Shown one piece after another: positions 1 through 14,049 of a stretch of 64,000 bases of DNA. Every line of letters begins with the position of its first letter. Within the stretch, counting starts at the first letter, position 1. Source of the DNA: Sphagnum compactum (lineage: Eukaryota); the NCBI GenBank assembly GCA_965153455.1, contig OZ234493.1:28138213-28202212 (forward strand), read 5' to 3'. Made by a program: the position numbers and the translations under genes. Below the pieces are notes generated by a model. That model saw only the letters and a program-made list of their open reading frames with translations, had not been told where the DNA came from and made no database searches.

Positions 1-1432
1 TCTCTGTTCACCAAGTTATATTGGTGCTGAGCTATTCATAATAATTGTTGCTTCTTCTTCTTCTTCTTCTTCTTGTTATTCCCTGGGATCATAAAACTCA
101 CCAAATTCCAGAGAATTTGCTTGCTTTGCCCACTGAAGACAAGTCATTTCTTTGTTACTTTTCAATGGTAAAATGACTTCAATCTGATCAAAGAGGTGGG
201 CACATTTCAACACAGTTTTAAATGGTAGTCTGAGGTTCAACCTGGTTGTGCCAATTCATATCTTATGGACCCAGAGACCCCTAGGTTTCCATAGGGGTTT
301 TCCATACCGTTAACAAATAACCAGTTCACCCAAGGGGGTGTGACCCAGCTCCTAGGTTGTCACAATTCATATAACCAGTTTTGGACACAGTCCAGAGCCA
401 CGATATTTGCAGCTGGGTTTACTATGATGGTGGGGTACAATCTACAGCATGCACTCTTCTAGCACAATCTGCATATGAGATATACAGATACATATCTTAT
501 GATGATGTGATGATGGTAAGACTTCCTTTCCTGCAGCTACCCAAAGGTTTGCAATCTTATTTCTGTTCCATTTTTCCTGGGTTGTTTTGTCTCTTCACTT
601 GCAAGCTTTGGTTGATGCTCTAGAAGTTTGATCTTCCTTCTGGGAAGTTGGTACGTCTCTCTCTATCCCCCTCCCAATCTATGTGCATTTGGTTGTACTA
701 TTGTATGATTTGTGTGGCTCTTTCTTCCGATCTGTGCTGATCTGGGTTCTCTAGAGATGCCTGTCACTCACTGTGCCCAGTTATGTCATGGATGAAGTGG
801 CTACTTGGGTGGTGTGTTTTACTTCCAGTTTATTTTGTTTTCATGGTCATTTTGATTTCTTCACCTTGAGTATATGATATTGGGCTCTCGAGGTTCCCCC
901 ACCAAAAAAAAACAAACAAACAAACAACAGAGCTCTTCGTGGTTCTCTTACTTCCACATTTTGTTTCTTCGCCTGCAGTGCCACTTACCTTTTTTCTTCG
1001 GTTCCAAGTGGCCTGACCCTGGGGTCTTGAAATCCATCTCTCTCATATGTGAATTGTGTGCTTGTCACAGGTAGCAAATCAGCCATAGGGGAATTCAGTC
1101 ACTTGTTACAGCAATATATCAACAACCTTTCTCCACATTGAGTTGTGGTTAGTATCTAAGGGAACCTTTGCTTGCACTCAAGACTTTACTGATTTAAGTT
1201 GGTTTTTTAGAATCAAGGTGTGGACAGTCAAGTCTAGTCTCTGTTTTAGCATTAAGACCATTTGGTGTTTTTTTTGTATTGGGTTTGTGTGGTCCTCAGC
1301 TGATGGTGATTTTGGACCTAATCTGTGGTCATTGTTGTCTTCTAGGTCAATTTTCCACTCCTTTGGTTTTGGGTTTTGGAATCAAATTGAGTTTTAAGGA
1401 GCAAAAGGGTTTGAGACAGAGGGAGATTCAAG

Positions 1433-4400
1433 ATGTCTCTCCGGTATGCAGAGAAGCTCTCATATAAGGCAGATGTGGGAACAGTGGGGATGCCGGAGCT
1501 CTTTGATTCTGCACTGGACCTCAAGTGCAAGGTACTCTAAACCCTTGCAAAAAGAGGAAGACAAAGGAAGCATTATCTTTGTGACTTTTGGACCCCTTCC
1601 AATATGTTGATGATTGTATACTCTGTATTAGTCCTGTGACAAAAAGATGTGAGACAGAGGAATCATCTGCATGTTTGAGTTTGAGTTTGAGATCTGTTTT
1701 GTTATGATAATCCACTTTTGACCTTTTGGCCATCCCCTGGGAAAGATGGTGGATGCCAATGACTGTATGTGTTGAAGTCCTCACACTAATGCAAACAATT
1801 GAATGTGGAAGTGTTTGGTCTGTAGTTGTGATTTTTTGACCTGTCTATGATTGTGTGAAGGATTGTTTCTAAGGGCCGAATGTGGCACAAAGTCCTTGGA
1901 CTCTTTTAGCATTCTTGTCCACAGATGCTTCTACCCTGGGTTATGATGAGAGCTAAGTGCGGAATGTGGCACAAAGTCCTTGGACTCTTTTAGCATTCTT
2001 GTCCACAGATGCTTCTACCCTGGGTTATGATGAGAGCTAAGTGCTTTGGGCATCTTTTTGGTTAGATACTTAACCAACATAGATTTCTGTACATGGGGGA
2101 TTTGCTTGTGCAGGTTGAGGCACTTTCACAGCTTATCAAGGAGGTAAGATAGCTGGCAATGGCCCTATGATATTTGTATTCTGTGCTTTTCAGGTCTGCA
2201 ATTTAGTGATCCCTTTTTTTCCTGATATGAGGAAAGAGGAATATATGTGAGTATGTACTTGTGTGCAGAGCCAACACTTAGTGGTGTTCACTGGGGCAGG
2301 CATTTCTACTTCATGTGGCATCCCCGATTTTCGAGGCCCAAAAGGCATTTGGACCCTACAGGTTCATTCTACTCTCAGAACTCCTGATCCTGCAGCCTCT
2401 GCATTGTAATTTTGCAAGTTGTCTATAAGCCCATTGGATCAACTAGTTCTGGTTTTGCTGGAACTGACATGATGATGACTTCTGAAGTGCTGTTGGAATT
2501 TTCTCTGCAATTTGTGGATATGTCTTTGTGGAGTTTTCTTTGCAATTGCATTAATATCTTCCCAGCACTACAGTAAGAAGCAAGGCATGTTGTCTGATTT
2601 GGCAGCACGAAGGCAAGCCGATGCCAAAGATAGAGACACCATTCCACCAAGCCCGCCCAGGTCTAACACACATGGCCCTTGTTCAGCTCCAGCGCGCTGG
2701 CATTCTGAAGTTTATCATCAGCCAGGTTCCTTTGAACCTTTTACTTGCATTACTATCTTGTACAGTGCTCAATTTCAGCTAAGAAAATCTGTTGCAATAC
2801 TGACCTTCTATCAGTTTGTAGCATTATTTTTCTCATATTCAGGGGATCTCATCAGGATTATAAATAGGATGACTTGACTTCCTGTCAATTGACTTTTCAA
2901 GATGTGAGAGTAAGTGGAGGTCTTTGACTGATTGTACTTCTCTGGGACAGAATATTGATGGGCTGCATTTGCGATCTGGTATTCCACGGTCACAGTTGGC
3001 TGAACTTCATGGCAACTGCTTCCGAGAGACATGCTCATCCTGTGGCAAAGAGTGTGTACCAACCAAAGCCGAGTCTGTCCAGTCATAAGTCCATCATACA
3101 TTGATTCCAAAAGAAGACTTAAGGCCACTACTGAGCATAGTGGCCAAGCATACTTATTCACTTTGTTCCTTCACTTTCCACGATTCTCCAGAAATGGATG
3201 TCAGATACATGTTATTGTATTCTGTCCTTACCTGTCAGGGGGACTAATTTCATGATTCTGTCACTGAATGGGTGCAGGTATTTTCGAGATTTTGAGGTAG
3301 AAACATTGGGCTGTAAGCCCACTGGACGCCGCTGTTCTGACCCTGAATGTGGGGCCAAGCTTATTGACACCATTGTTGACTGGGAGGTAATTTTCTCTTC
3401 ACAAAAACTCTCAATCAAGCACCAGCACCATCAGATGTTCGACAGCACTTGGTTTTTGCACAATTCATTAAAATTTGATGTATCGCTTGTAGGAAGTAAA
3501 GGCCATGATATACTTTCATTGACAGAGGACAGTTTAGAGATTGCATTTCATTGCGTGGAGCATTTTATGACATGGTTTGCTTGAAATGATTGCAGGAGGC
3601 ACTGCCACCTGCTGATTTGAAACTGGCAGAAAAACACTCAAAGAAAGCAGATCTAATACTTTGTCTGGGAACAAGGTAAGGGTGCTTTCTGGCTGGTCCA
3701 TTCTTTTACATACTTTAACATTCTTCCAGGGAACTTCTGGAACATTAACTCAGTTGAGAGGAACTGAAGGGTTCGGAGTGTGGCCCATCGTCTTAGCTTA
3801 TGTTACTTACCTATGGTTAAGGCAGTCTAGGCTTCGAAGGACTCATATTTTGATCATGCTGAGCAGCTTGCAGATCACACCAGCATGCAATTTGCCACTT
3901 AAAGCTGTCCGGGCAGGTGGCAAAATGGTGATTGTCAACCTCCAGGTTTGTTTCTTTGCCACCTCTTGTCCAAGTAGGATGACCAAGCAAAAGACACCAT
4001 GAATGGAGTACTGTAAGCTGTATAATCAAAGCTTCTTCCAAGCAATTGCAATTGTCAACAGTGATGTGATTGTGTTCTCTATGTCTCAATGTGACTCAAT
4101 GTTGGGATTCTGTTAGGTTTAGAGCATTCTTTGCATTAGTTGAGATTTGGGCTGTTTGGTGAACTTTCCTGAACTATATGCATGAGACTCTAGGCAACTC
4201 TCATATGTGTGTTTCTGATTTTTCTTGGACTTTGGGTTTAGTGGTGCAGTGCATCATTGTAGATCATGGATTGTGTAGGCAGCAAATGCAACAAGCATGA
4301 GATTAATCTGTTGTGCAGTATTTTGCACAGACAGTTGGATTTATAATGGCTTTCACATTGACCAATCCTTGTGTTTGTGTCCAGGCAACTCCCAAAGACA

Positions 4401-6641
4401 AGAAAGCTGAACTGCTTATTCGAGCCCGGGTTGATGAGGTTTGCCTTGCATATTCTACCACAGAACAGTATTTCCGTCACTTTATAATTTCACCAAAAGA
4501 TAGCGTTAGGTGTGTCTGTATATTTCCTGGTAAACTGTGAAACCCAAGATCCACCAGTTTTTGAGAACCATGAGATGTACTTTATCTAGATGTTGATGAA
4601 CACTTCTCTTTTTCATGTTCGTGAAAGTTTATGAGTTCTGATGGGCTTTTGAGACTTGTTACGTGAAATAAAATTCTGACACAGGTGATGTGGGAGGTGA
4701 TGAATAAGCTGAATCAAATCATTCCACCTTTTGTGCGGATTGACCGGATCAGAATGAGCTACTACTATTACTGGACCAGTAAGTCCATCTTCTCACAAAT
4801 AACAAGCTGACTCCTCCTTCCTCAGTCTCCAAATCCTTGTGATTGCTAAATAGTGTACAAAGTCGGTGGAATTATGGTGTTTTTGTGAATGAGGTTACAG
4901 GTTTTCATTTCATCAGCTCTCCCAAGAAGGAAGCCACTAACACTATAGATCGAGGTTCAGGGTTCAGGGGCCTAACTTAAGTGTTGTCATTGGGCGGTTT
5001 GTCACCATTGCAGAAAAGAAAAGTGTGAAGTGGTTGTTGCGGTTGGGGAGCAGTCATGGTGACCGAGCTCCTCTGCCATTTATCACATCAGTAGAGGTGA
5101 AGCTCGTGACCTTGAAACCTCTAATATCTTTTCTCTCAAGTATTACCATCAAATGAACCATTTCCAACAGTTCACTCCCTAAGTATTCGCTTCATGAACC
5201 AGACATTTTGTTGCTTAGGAATCTATCTATGAAGGAAGGTGGTTTGTTTGTTTTGTTTGTCATGTTGAGATCTCCCAAACCATGGTGCTTCTTGCCATGC
5301 TCTTGGTACCATTGGAAAGCCCTTGATGAGTAGGGGTGCCCTGAGTCGGTTTCATAATGTTTCAACCTACAGTGGAGAAGTTATTGAATATTGAACAATT
5401 TTCACTGAAAATTCATTTAAAACAAAACTAAAAATTACAGGGGAATTTGGGTGCACTCTTAGTATTGTTAGAAAGCCCTCATTGAGTAGGATTTAATGAA
5501 GGTGATTTGGAAATAAATAGATCTAAGGTGTGGGAGATTTTTGAGTTTTGAGTAGTTTTTGTCATTGGAAATTCAATTAAATTAAAGGAAAAATTAGTTC
5601 ACACCAGTTCACACTTGGGCCAATGGCATCACTAGTATATGTGACCATTGAGGTGCATGGGATGTAGGTTAATTATCCAAACAGGCCTGATCTGAAGCAG
5701 AAATTGTTGAAAAAACAGCCCTTTGTCCTACGCAGGTAACCTCTATCTCTTTGCAAGAGCTCCCAATGATTTTTTCTTAATGTGAGTTGGCAAGGTAGTG
5801 GGTAGACTCAGTACCCTAGGTACAACAAGTGGCAATAACTGTCTCTAATTACTTGGCGAGACATTGTACTTTGATTGTGGGCCATACTAGCTACCCTGGT
5901 GGTACTGGTGGATGGATGGTCTGAGGTGCACTTGATGAGGTCATGTCTTCCCAGCCCCATGTGACATATCATCTGGTCTATGCAACAATGGGTAATTAAT
6001 CTTTGATGCTACAGCAATGGATATAGCACATGTTTTGAACCTTAAAGGCAATACCTTGGGGATGTGGGAAACAGGGAGACGATGCATGTTAAGGAGTTGG
6101 ATGTGTCTCTGACACTTCACTTTGGGGAAGGTTGTATGTGTGTCACTGCCAACATTCTCCAATCCCTTCATTTTGAGGTCACTCAAACCTACTTCTCCAG
6201 ATGATCATTTGGTTTGTCTTGAGCGTTCTACATCCATCCTGTTGGATCTCATGAGTGTATATTATACTGCAAAATGAGATATGGCTAGCCATGAATTGGT
6301 ATCAGAAGATCTCAGTTTGAAATGAGCAATTTGTATATATTCCACAGGTTCCACCAGAGCAGAAGACTGAAAAGATAGACATGGAATGTGTCCTGGAGAC
6401 AGTGAGATCAAGGGCAGCTGCAGAGAAACAATGCGGGGAAATGACAGTGATTGATGTGCGGAGCTTACCTGACACCTTACAAGGCTCAGCTGTTGAGTTT
6501 GCAATTGTAACAAGTGTCGTGGCCTATACACCAATTCTTGTGCAGGTTCCTGATGAAATTGAAATTCCCCAGGAGATAATTAGAAAAGCACCAATCAAGA
6601 AGGCAAGTAACAGGGCACGAAAGCGGCCCCGGAGGTTTTGA
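1433..6641 (+). CDS. SRT1: NAD-dependent deacetylase sirtuin, class IV (SIRT6/7-like), about 14 exons
   Basis: Spliced exons give [120 protein letters not shown]. Junctions are GT-AG. The C-terminus is basic (RARKRPRRF*), NLS-like. Confidence 0.95.
1878..2044. repeat. Perfect 84-bp-period tandem duplication in SRT1 intron 1
   Basis: The 83-bp block gaatgtggcacaaag...gagagctaagtgc occurs at 1878-1960 and 1962-2044. Confidence 0.95.
5222..5635 (+). mobile_element. Non-autonomous Helitron-like element in an SRT1 intron
   Basis: Starts with TC after A (a|tctatctatgaagg) and ends with CTAG before T (gggccaatggcatcactag|t). No TSD. Internal repeated block ctctt(g/a)gta...gaaagccc...gagtagg. Confidence 0.6.
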
Positions 6642-9600
6642 GAAAACAATTTTTGTACTTGGCAAGGACAAAACTTTGTGGGTATCCTTTTTTACTGCAA
6701 TGGCAATCATTTTGGGTCAAAGATTAACGAATAGAGTGCGGGAGTAGTTAGAACTCGCAGAGAGTTGAGGGGACTTTTGCACATTGCAGGGTCTGCAAGA
6801 GGGCAATTCATTGGTTTGAAATATTTGGCCCTGGTGGATCTATGTCCAGCATCATACCACATGTTTTCAGTTAGTATTTGAGACATTTGGAGTACAATTG
6901 TGGCCAAAAACAATCTTTATGATGCCCAATTCAGTTTTCCACAAGTAAGTCCAATCCTAATTTTTTACACCTAGAGGTAGTTGATTGATTGTTAATGCTT
7001 TCAACTACAATAGGTGAATGTGTATAATATTGTACTGCAAGTTTTTTTTTTTCGGCTCACAATTGCCTATACCTGCACTTCTAAATTGCATAGAGAAAGG
7101 CCTCACAGTTCTCATTTGGAATGGTCACCATTGATATCTGTTTCAATGAGTCCATTGCCTGTGTATGCTGGATATTCCTATTGCTCCTGTTTTGAGTTCT
7201 TTTTCCTCTCGATCTGCAGAGTGAAAACATCAGACAGTTGGATTATGGATCATCACTACATGTTTTTATGCTTTGAAGTTATGGTCTATGTTTGATGACA
7301 TGTTATTTGCAGAGGAATGACACATGAACATCCTAAACTGTATGCAGAGTCCATGTTAAGACTGCACATGACATTGAAAAAAGTAATCTTAGCACCAAAG
7401 TTCCTGGCCATATGTGGTGTGCCAAAATTTGTAAGTTGTGGTTGTTGTGACTAAGAGCAGGTCTACTGGCCTGTGCATGGCACTTGATATAAAGTACAGT
7501 GACCTTCAAATTGGTGCTCCATAAAGTGCTCTCCAAAACCACCGTACATCATTAATAACTGCTTCTGATTGGCCAGCCATAGTGATTGGCCCAGGTGGCC
7601 TGACATTTAAAATAGTCTCTCAACTTGTACTGTCTAATCTTTAGAGTTTGTAGGTGGGGCTGGGGAAACGATTAACGCTCTATAGGATATGCAAAAAGGA
7701 AGGTAGAGACCCAAGTAGGGGGCATTGGTAGACCACTGTAATCAGTATTGTGAGAGATATATAGAAAGATTGCAAACACACATGATATTGTCACTTGTCA
7801 CCCAGTGCAACAACAAAAGATGCTTGAAGTAAAAAATCACCATGAAAGGGCCAGCCAGACAGATTTCCGGAGAGTTTGGGACCTCTGCACTCTGCACCTC
7901 TTGTTCAAAACACCTGAGAAAACCCATCATTTGCTAAAAGTGGTTGGAATGGATGAAGCACCAAGTAGCAAGGATTTTCTCACCTACTTTTAATTGGTGA
8001 CAATTCAGAGAATAACAGGAAGGTGTCCGATGTCCTCCCTACACATCCAAACGTATTGCCTTCATATAGAACAGCAGGAGAGCGTTTGCCACCTAAGATC
8101 TGAGGATTGAAAGAAATCCAGGGGAAAGCCACTGCAAAGTGTTGCCCCATAGCCTTGGTGTGGCTTATCACCTAATCAGCAGCTGTAACCAACCACTTAT
8201 TACACAGCATACTACACTAACCAAACATAAGCAAAATATTGTAGCACAAACTTGGTTTATGCAGTCCATCAGTATGTATGTGGGAGATCCAGACCAATAA
8301 ATCATTCTTATTTGGGTCTACCAAGTACCTATTGTCTTTCAAAAGAAAAGGGTTCATATATGTACATATATGTTCACAAGATATATTGGTGATTGCCCCT
8401 ATGTGTGTATGAACTATGTTCAATAGACACCATCAAGGGCAATCACCAAGTCGACTGGGAGAAACCACCCATGTACCTGCGGAGAATGAACAAGTGGATG
8501 ACATGGCATTACATGATAGTGTGACAAGTGTAAACTCAAAGGCATCATCATCATCAACTCATGAGTTTGACAAAGAACCTATTTGATGACCTATTAAGTA
8601 CTGATAGAACTATACATTGGGATTCAGCTAGTCCTCTCTATGTAGAAGCCAAAGAAAGGAGAGGTTACCAAGTATGAGGGCTCAGTGGATCATGAACATA
8701 TGATAATTAATAATATTTGCTACTTTTCCTGCCCAAATTTGCACAATGAAAACAATGTTCAGCAATTCTTAGTGTTGATATATTGTTGTTAGTCACTGTG
8801 GATGTTGCTATGGTAAAAGCCAACTCTCAAGTTGTTACAAGAGGAAGAAAATGAGTGATTTGAGCCACTCAAATTGGAGATTTTTCTTCTAGATTTAAAG
8901 AGGGCAGGCTTCCACCCACTATTTACTTTCCAACATGAACCTAGTATGTCCATGATTGAAGGTCCAAGTGATGGAACAAAGAAAGGCATACAGTGTTGGG
9001 TTGAGTTCCATTAGTGGAGTTACATTGTCATTTTCTTTCATTTCTTTAAAGCTAATCATGCCATCTATTCATGTAGGTGGATAGTTTTCATGACATGGAT
9101 TAGGTGTATTATGATGAAGATCCACACACATTTTTTCAACAGTTTGTAAGATTGCATAATAAAACTAATTCGCCACATTTTAATTGGATATTTTGTTCTG
9201 GAATTATATTTGTTGTGAGGCCACAAGAGGGATCGATATGTAACCATTAAAGTTACCCATAAAATAGTCTTCAGACCTCACTATGATCCTCACTGTCCCA
9301 CTCATCCTCACTTTTTGAGCTATTCATACAATGCTGCAAAGTGAGGACTAGGTGAGGACTAGTCCTCAAAACATAAGATAAAATCCTCAAATTTGATTAT
9401 CATAATCAATTTACTAACCACAATATAATCTACCTTCATGGCCACAGACTAAGAGACTATATAATAAGGAGCTATTTAGTAGGGGGCTAACTATGTTAGG
9501 CCTACTTACCTTTTTACTTATGAGTTACCCACTTGGAGGGTTACCTATCTAACTACCTACTAGCATTAAATATAATATGTTGTGAGATTTTCTTTTTTCA

Positions 9601-10149
9601 GATCTTCTTAAAAAAGAAAGGAAAGATTTTAAACATTGCAATTTCTCTTTTTGATATTGGTAGCAAACAAAGACAACTCAAAAACAATTTCAAAATCATC
9701 ATCAATCAAATTGACTTGGGTAGGTGAGTTTGTAACTTTTTTCTTGCATTTTAAGCACATGATAATGGCATATTGCAATGCATTAGACAATAATCAGTGG
9801 CTATTAGATTCGTTCAAAACACAAACACTTACAACATGAGAAAACTTCACAATTATTTGAAAAATGTGCCAAGTAAAAAAAAATGACAGTCTCCCACTAA
9901 TTCTAACAATATTTTGCCTATTGTAACAAAGGATAATAACATCTTTGAATTGCAAGGCCTCTTGGAACATAATTATTTTGTTAGAAAACTTGCAACAATA
10001 ATTACACATATAATGTTTATATATCCAACTAGCATAATTGAATAAAAAAAATTAAAAACCTTAAATTGGAAATGTTACTAACTTATAACCACTTAACACA
10101 ATTAGATAAGAAGGAAAAAACTAAAAATCCACCTTGTCTTTACTAGAGT

Positions 10150-10760
10150 ATTCAACTTTTTTGGGCAAATGTTTAAATTTAAACATGCCTTGTTCCATTA
10201 CTATTTGTCTTTCCCATACTTTTTAGGCCAAGTTATACATTTTACAAAGATAGCTAGGTAGACTTGATGGAAACAAATTTAAGATTTTTGCAAACCTTTT
10301 CATTGGTTGTAGTATATTGGTAAACTTTTTTAAAAACATTGCCAAAATAAGTACCTTGAAAACTTTCACCCAAACTTAGAACTTCACATTCCACAATTGA
10401 TCTCAAAACAGTTGTCATCACATTCAAATTTGACCCCTCATCTTTGACATATGCAATAATTTTTCTTTTCAATCCATATTGATTAAACAATTTTGTCAAA
10501 TTGTTGGCCAAGGTTTGACTAATAGTTTATATTTCCTCAAACAAACCAATGGTCACTTGTTTAGGTTATCAATTAGATCCCAAAAAATTAATGACAAGAG
10601 AGAATATATCATGTGCCCCCTTTGACATCCATAAGTCAAAACTTGTTGTTGCAATTATATAATCTATCAATTTTGGTAAAACATATACTTGTTTCATCTT
10701 TTCCATCAAGTTAGGCAATATTTCGTGAAACAATTATTTTTTGGAAAGGAAGATAGAAAT
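10150..10760 (-). mobile_element. Degenerate hAT-like DDE transposase remnant
   Basis: Minus strand reads ATTSFDLWMSKGAHDIFSLVINFL...QVTIGLFE, then LANNLTKLFNQYGLKRKIIAYVKDEGSNLNVM. These resemble the hAT catalytic D-x-W and D-x-G-x-N motifs. Stops and frameshifts present. Confidence 0.7.
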
Positions 10761-11705
10761 TGCTTCATTTTCCTTCTTTCACACATGTAGAAAAAGCAAT
10801 GGCACAACATACACATTGAAAAAATAAATAAACTAAAGAGAGATTTTTGTAAATGAAAACAAAGTTAGAGAAAACATAAAAAACAAAAAAAAAACTTAAA
10901 GTTGGGTTGGTAGTTGAAGAAGTTGTAAAAAGATCTTCCACACTTACATTAATTAAAGGGGTGGGGGGGGGGGGAAACAATTTGAAAAGGAATAAAATGA
11001 AGTTCAAGAGAACATCAAGAGTGTATAACAAAAAGGTGACAAAGAACACCATAAGGGGGTTAGAGTGGTACTTGAGAAGAGGTGCCAAAGAGTTCCACGA
11101 GCACATAACAAGGAGGTGACACAAAACAAAGGGGTAACGAAGCTCCTTGAGAGTGCATAGCAAGGAGGCAACACAACTTGTAGCAAGGAAGTGACACACA
11201 ACAAGGAGGCAATGAAGTTCACAACAAGAAGGCAATGAAACTCACTGGTAATGCACAACGAGGGGATGAAGCTCATTAGGAACACACAACAAAGGAGGCA
11301 ATGAAATTCACTAGGAGAGCACAAAATAAAGGAAACTTGAGTATATAGTTTTGATATGTATATTGTATGGAATAACATACTAGTCTGTTATCACAAGAAT
11401 GTTTTTTGAGTTATTCTCTTACATTACTCAAAGTAACTATAAATGTCATTTAAAAATCAATAAATGCACAAATCTTCTATAAGATCTTAGAGCATTTGTA
11501 GTTGTGCTTAGTATGTTACCTTGCAAAAATATTTCTGACATGCAAGTTTAGTTCATTTTTTTTTCAACCCCACCAATAAAACTAAAAAGGGGACTAAAAA
11601 TAGGTGAGAACACAACAAATAAACAATGAAACTTATAAGAACGCACATCAAGTATTAACCTATGATGAAGTTCAACAAATTAAATCAAATAATTAAGAGT
11701 GAAAG

Positions 11706-12491
11706 CACACTATAGTGACCCCCTTTGGGGTGTCACATTGTATTACTTTCTAGGGATGTGCATGTTTGAATGTATCCCACCTTAAACTTTCAAAATATTT
11801 TCACAATATTTTTCATATTATGCTAAAATATTACTTAGGCAAGAGATTAGAAAAACAACTATTTCATTTCATTTTGTACAGTGGGAGATTGGAGTATATT
11901 TGTGAAAACGAATGTAATGTACATGTGTATTAAAAAACAAAAATATACCCCAAAAACAATTTAAATGATTTTTAGTATTTATAGAAATTGAAGGTATATT
12001 GAACTGTGTCATTTCACATAATATGAACAATGTTTGGATACTATGTGAGTAATTTGTAAAATTTCATCTCAAAAAATGAATATTTTGAGCAAAAGAGGCG
12101 ATAAATGTGTGGTAAATTGAAATTTTAACAAGAAATCACATCCACATAGAAGATGACAAGCATAGCTAGATGGACCATTTTTATTTCATTAAAATTAATT
12201 ATTTTAATGACTAATGAAGCCCTAAAGTTAGTGTAGTTAAAACAAAACTATGACCGTATTATACCAATGTATATTATAAATATACTCATGGATCCTTCAA
12301 TATATATAATGAAAATTATTATTATTTTTAGAATAATAATACATAACATTAATTTTGTAAAAATAGTTGTTGTAAGGCCCAAAAACTAACATTGATGCCC
12401 AAAATTAAATGTACCATGCTTTTGGACAATTATATTGTATGTATTATAATATTAGATCCAAAAGTGCCGCAAAGGGGGTCATTGTAGTGTG
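11706..12491. mobile_element. 786-bp non-autonomous TIR transposon (CAC termini, 3-bp TSD; CMC/CACTA-like)
   Basis: Left TIR cacactatagtgaccccctttg matches the reverse complement of the right end, cacactacaatgaccccctttg (20/22). AAG flanks both ends (11703-11705, 12492-12494). Confidence 0.7.
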
Positions 12492-13149
12492 AAGATGCCA
12501 CAACAATTTTGTGGCACCTCTTCTAGTAAACATTTTTTTTTTCTTCTAAGTCTTACCTACCACCTTAAAACCTATTTCTCACTAATTAAAACCCTAACCC
12601 TATTATTTCTAATATTTTAATAGGGTATCAAATTTTTAAATAAATAAATAAAGGTTTCAAGCAAATGGTTTCCAACTCATTGAAATCCAAGAGGCAAGTT
12701 TCAAAAAGGGTATCACCCTTCAAAAAAATAGAAACATATGCAATCACAAAAAATCCTAAAATCAATGCAAATATGGATTTCCATTTAATGCACAACTAAA
12801 TTGATGATCTAAATTTACAAATTGCACAAATAGTTGGGAGTATTACCACCCAAGGCATGAACTACAATGCCATGATTCATGCCATACCATGCATCCTTGG
12901 CAACTCTTTTTATGGGGCATCCACTTGCACATCCATCACATTACCTCCTCACATTGCTCCTATCGTTTTCTAAAACACACCATGAAATGCGAATCACACT
13001 TATCATTAAATTTGAACAAAAAAAGTACAAAATGATTAGGGCTTGTACAAGATGGCTCAAAAGTGCAACTTCAATTGACATCCTCCTTTATTATCAATAA
13101 GCTTGTTTCTCATGCAAAAGTTGCACTCACATGTTTACAAAGATCAAAA

Positions 13150-13620
13150 TTAAAAAAAATAGTTTGTTAGAATACATTGACTCAAAACCTCCTCAAATGC
13201 ATACAAAGGTTTGTCACAAGATCAAGTTATGTTTATAATAATTGAACCCTCATTTCAAGAACATGACTTTCATTGTAAATGGTGTAAATACAGCAATCAC
13301 AACTGTAACTTTTGATCCCCAAAACAACATTACAACCATAGACATTCAAGTGAGAAACAATTGCACAAAAATGATCTTGAAAAAATGTACCTTTGATCAC
13401 AAATACATTTATGATTGATAATATTACAAAACATCACTTCCAATAGCATTGGCATACACTGACTAGCCACAAATCTTAGGGTGTAACAATTGCCACAAAA
13501 GTTCTTGTTGACACCAAAAAAGGTTTTTGCACTTGGTCTCACAAATGTTTTATTCTCTAGGGTCATAGACTGAAATAAACTTGAAAATAACTGGAACTCT
13601 TCTGTCAAATGACTTTACTC
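13150..13620 (+). pseudogene. PIF1-family (Helitron-type) helicase C-terminal remnant
   Basis: Frameshifted translation KTSLPIALAYT/TSHKS*GVTIATKVLVD.../VFALGLTNVLFSRV matches the PIF1 motifs FPLxLAxAxTIHKSQGxT and FxxGQxYVALSR. Confidence 0.7.
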
Positions 13621-14049
13621 GCAATTTCTTTGATGATTGAAACAAGCATAACACTGTCTGGAAACCCAAACTCCCATTCCAATTATTTCAAGATTCCATT
13701 AAATCCTTTTACATGGGTTATATATATGCAGGTGTGATCAATTAGTCAAGATGATGCTCATGAACACGTGTATAAACAATTATGAATTTTTGCACTTTGC
13801 CGGACTTTGAATTGGTTTTCAGCACAATTCCTTTCTGGTTATAATGCTTATTGACATGGTCTAATGTCTTTCTTATGGTCCCAAGTCATGGAGAAAGAAA
13901 CTGATTCACTTTTCTGATTGCATTATCAAAATACATACTTGCGTTTCCAATTGAGTTGTTCTTCAGAAGCCCCACTGTATTACCCAATACTTATTGCAGA
14001 AGAAGGTCCAGACTACAAATCAATATTCAACAATGTCTATAGAGACCTG

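Noticed and set aside
1943-2010. Box C-like ATGATGA in the SRT1 intron duplication (C/D snoRNA?)
   Set aside because: No properly placed CTGA box D or terminal stem.
7790-8560. Coding-like composition with Cys pairs downstream of SRT1
   Set aside because: Multiple stops in all frames and no family I can recognise.
9304-9350. Short inverted repeat tcctcacttt/aaagtgagga
   Set aside because: Too short and isolated to assign; likely a transposon-end remnant.
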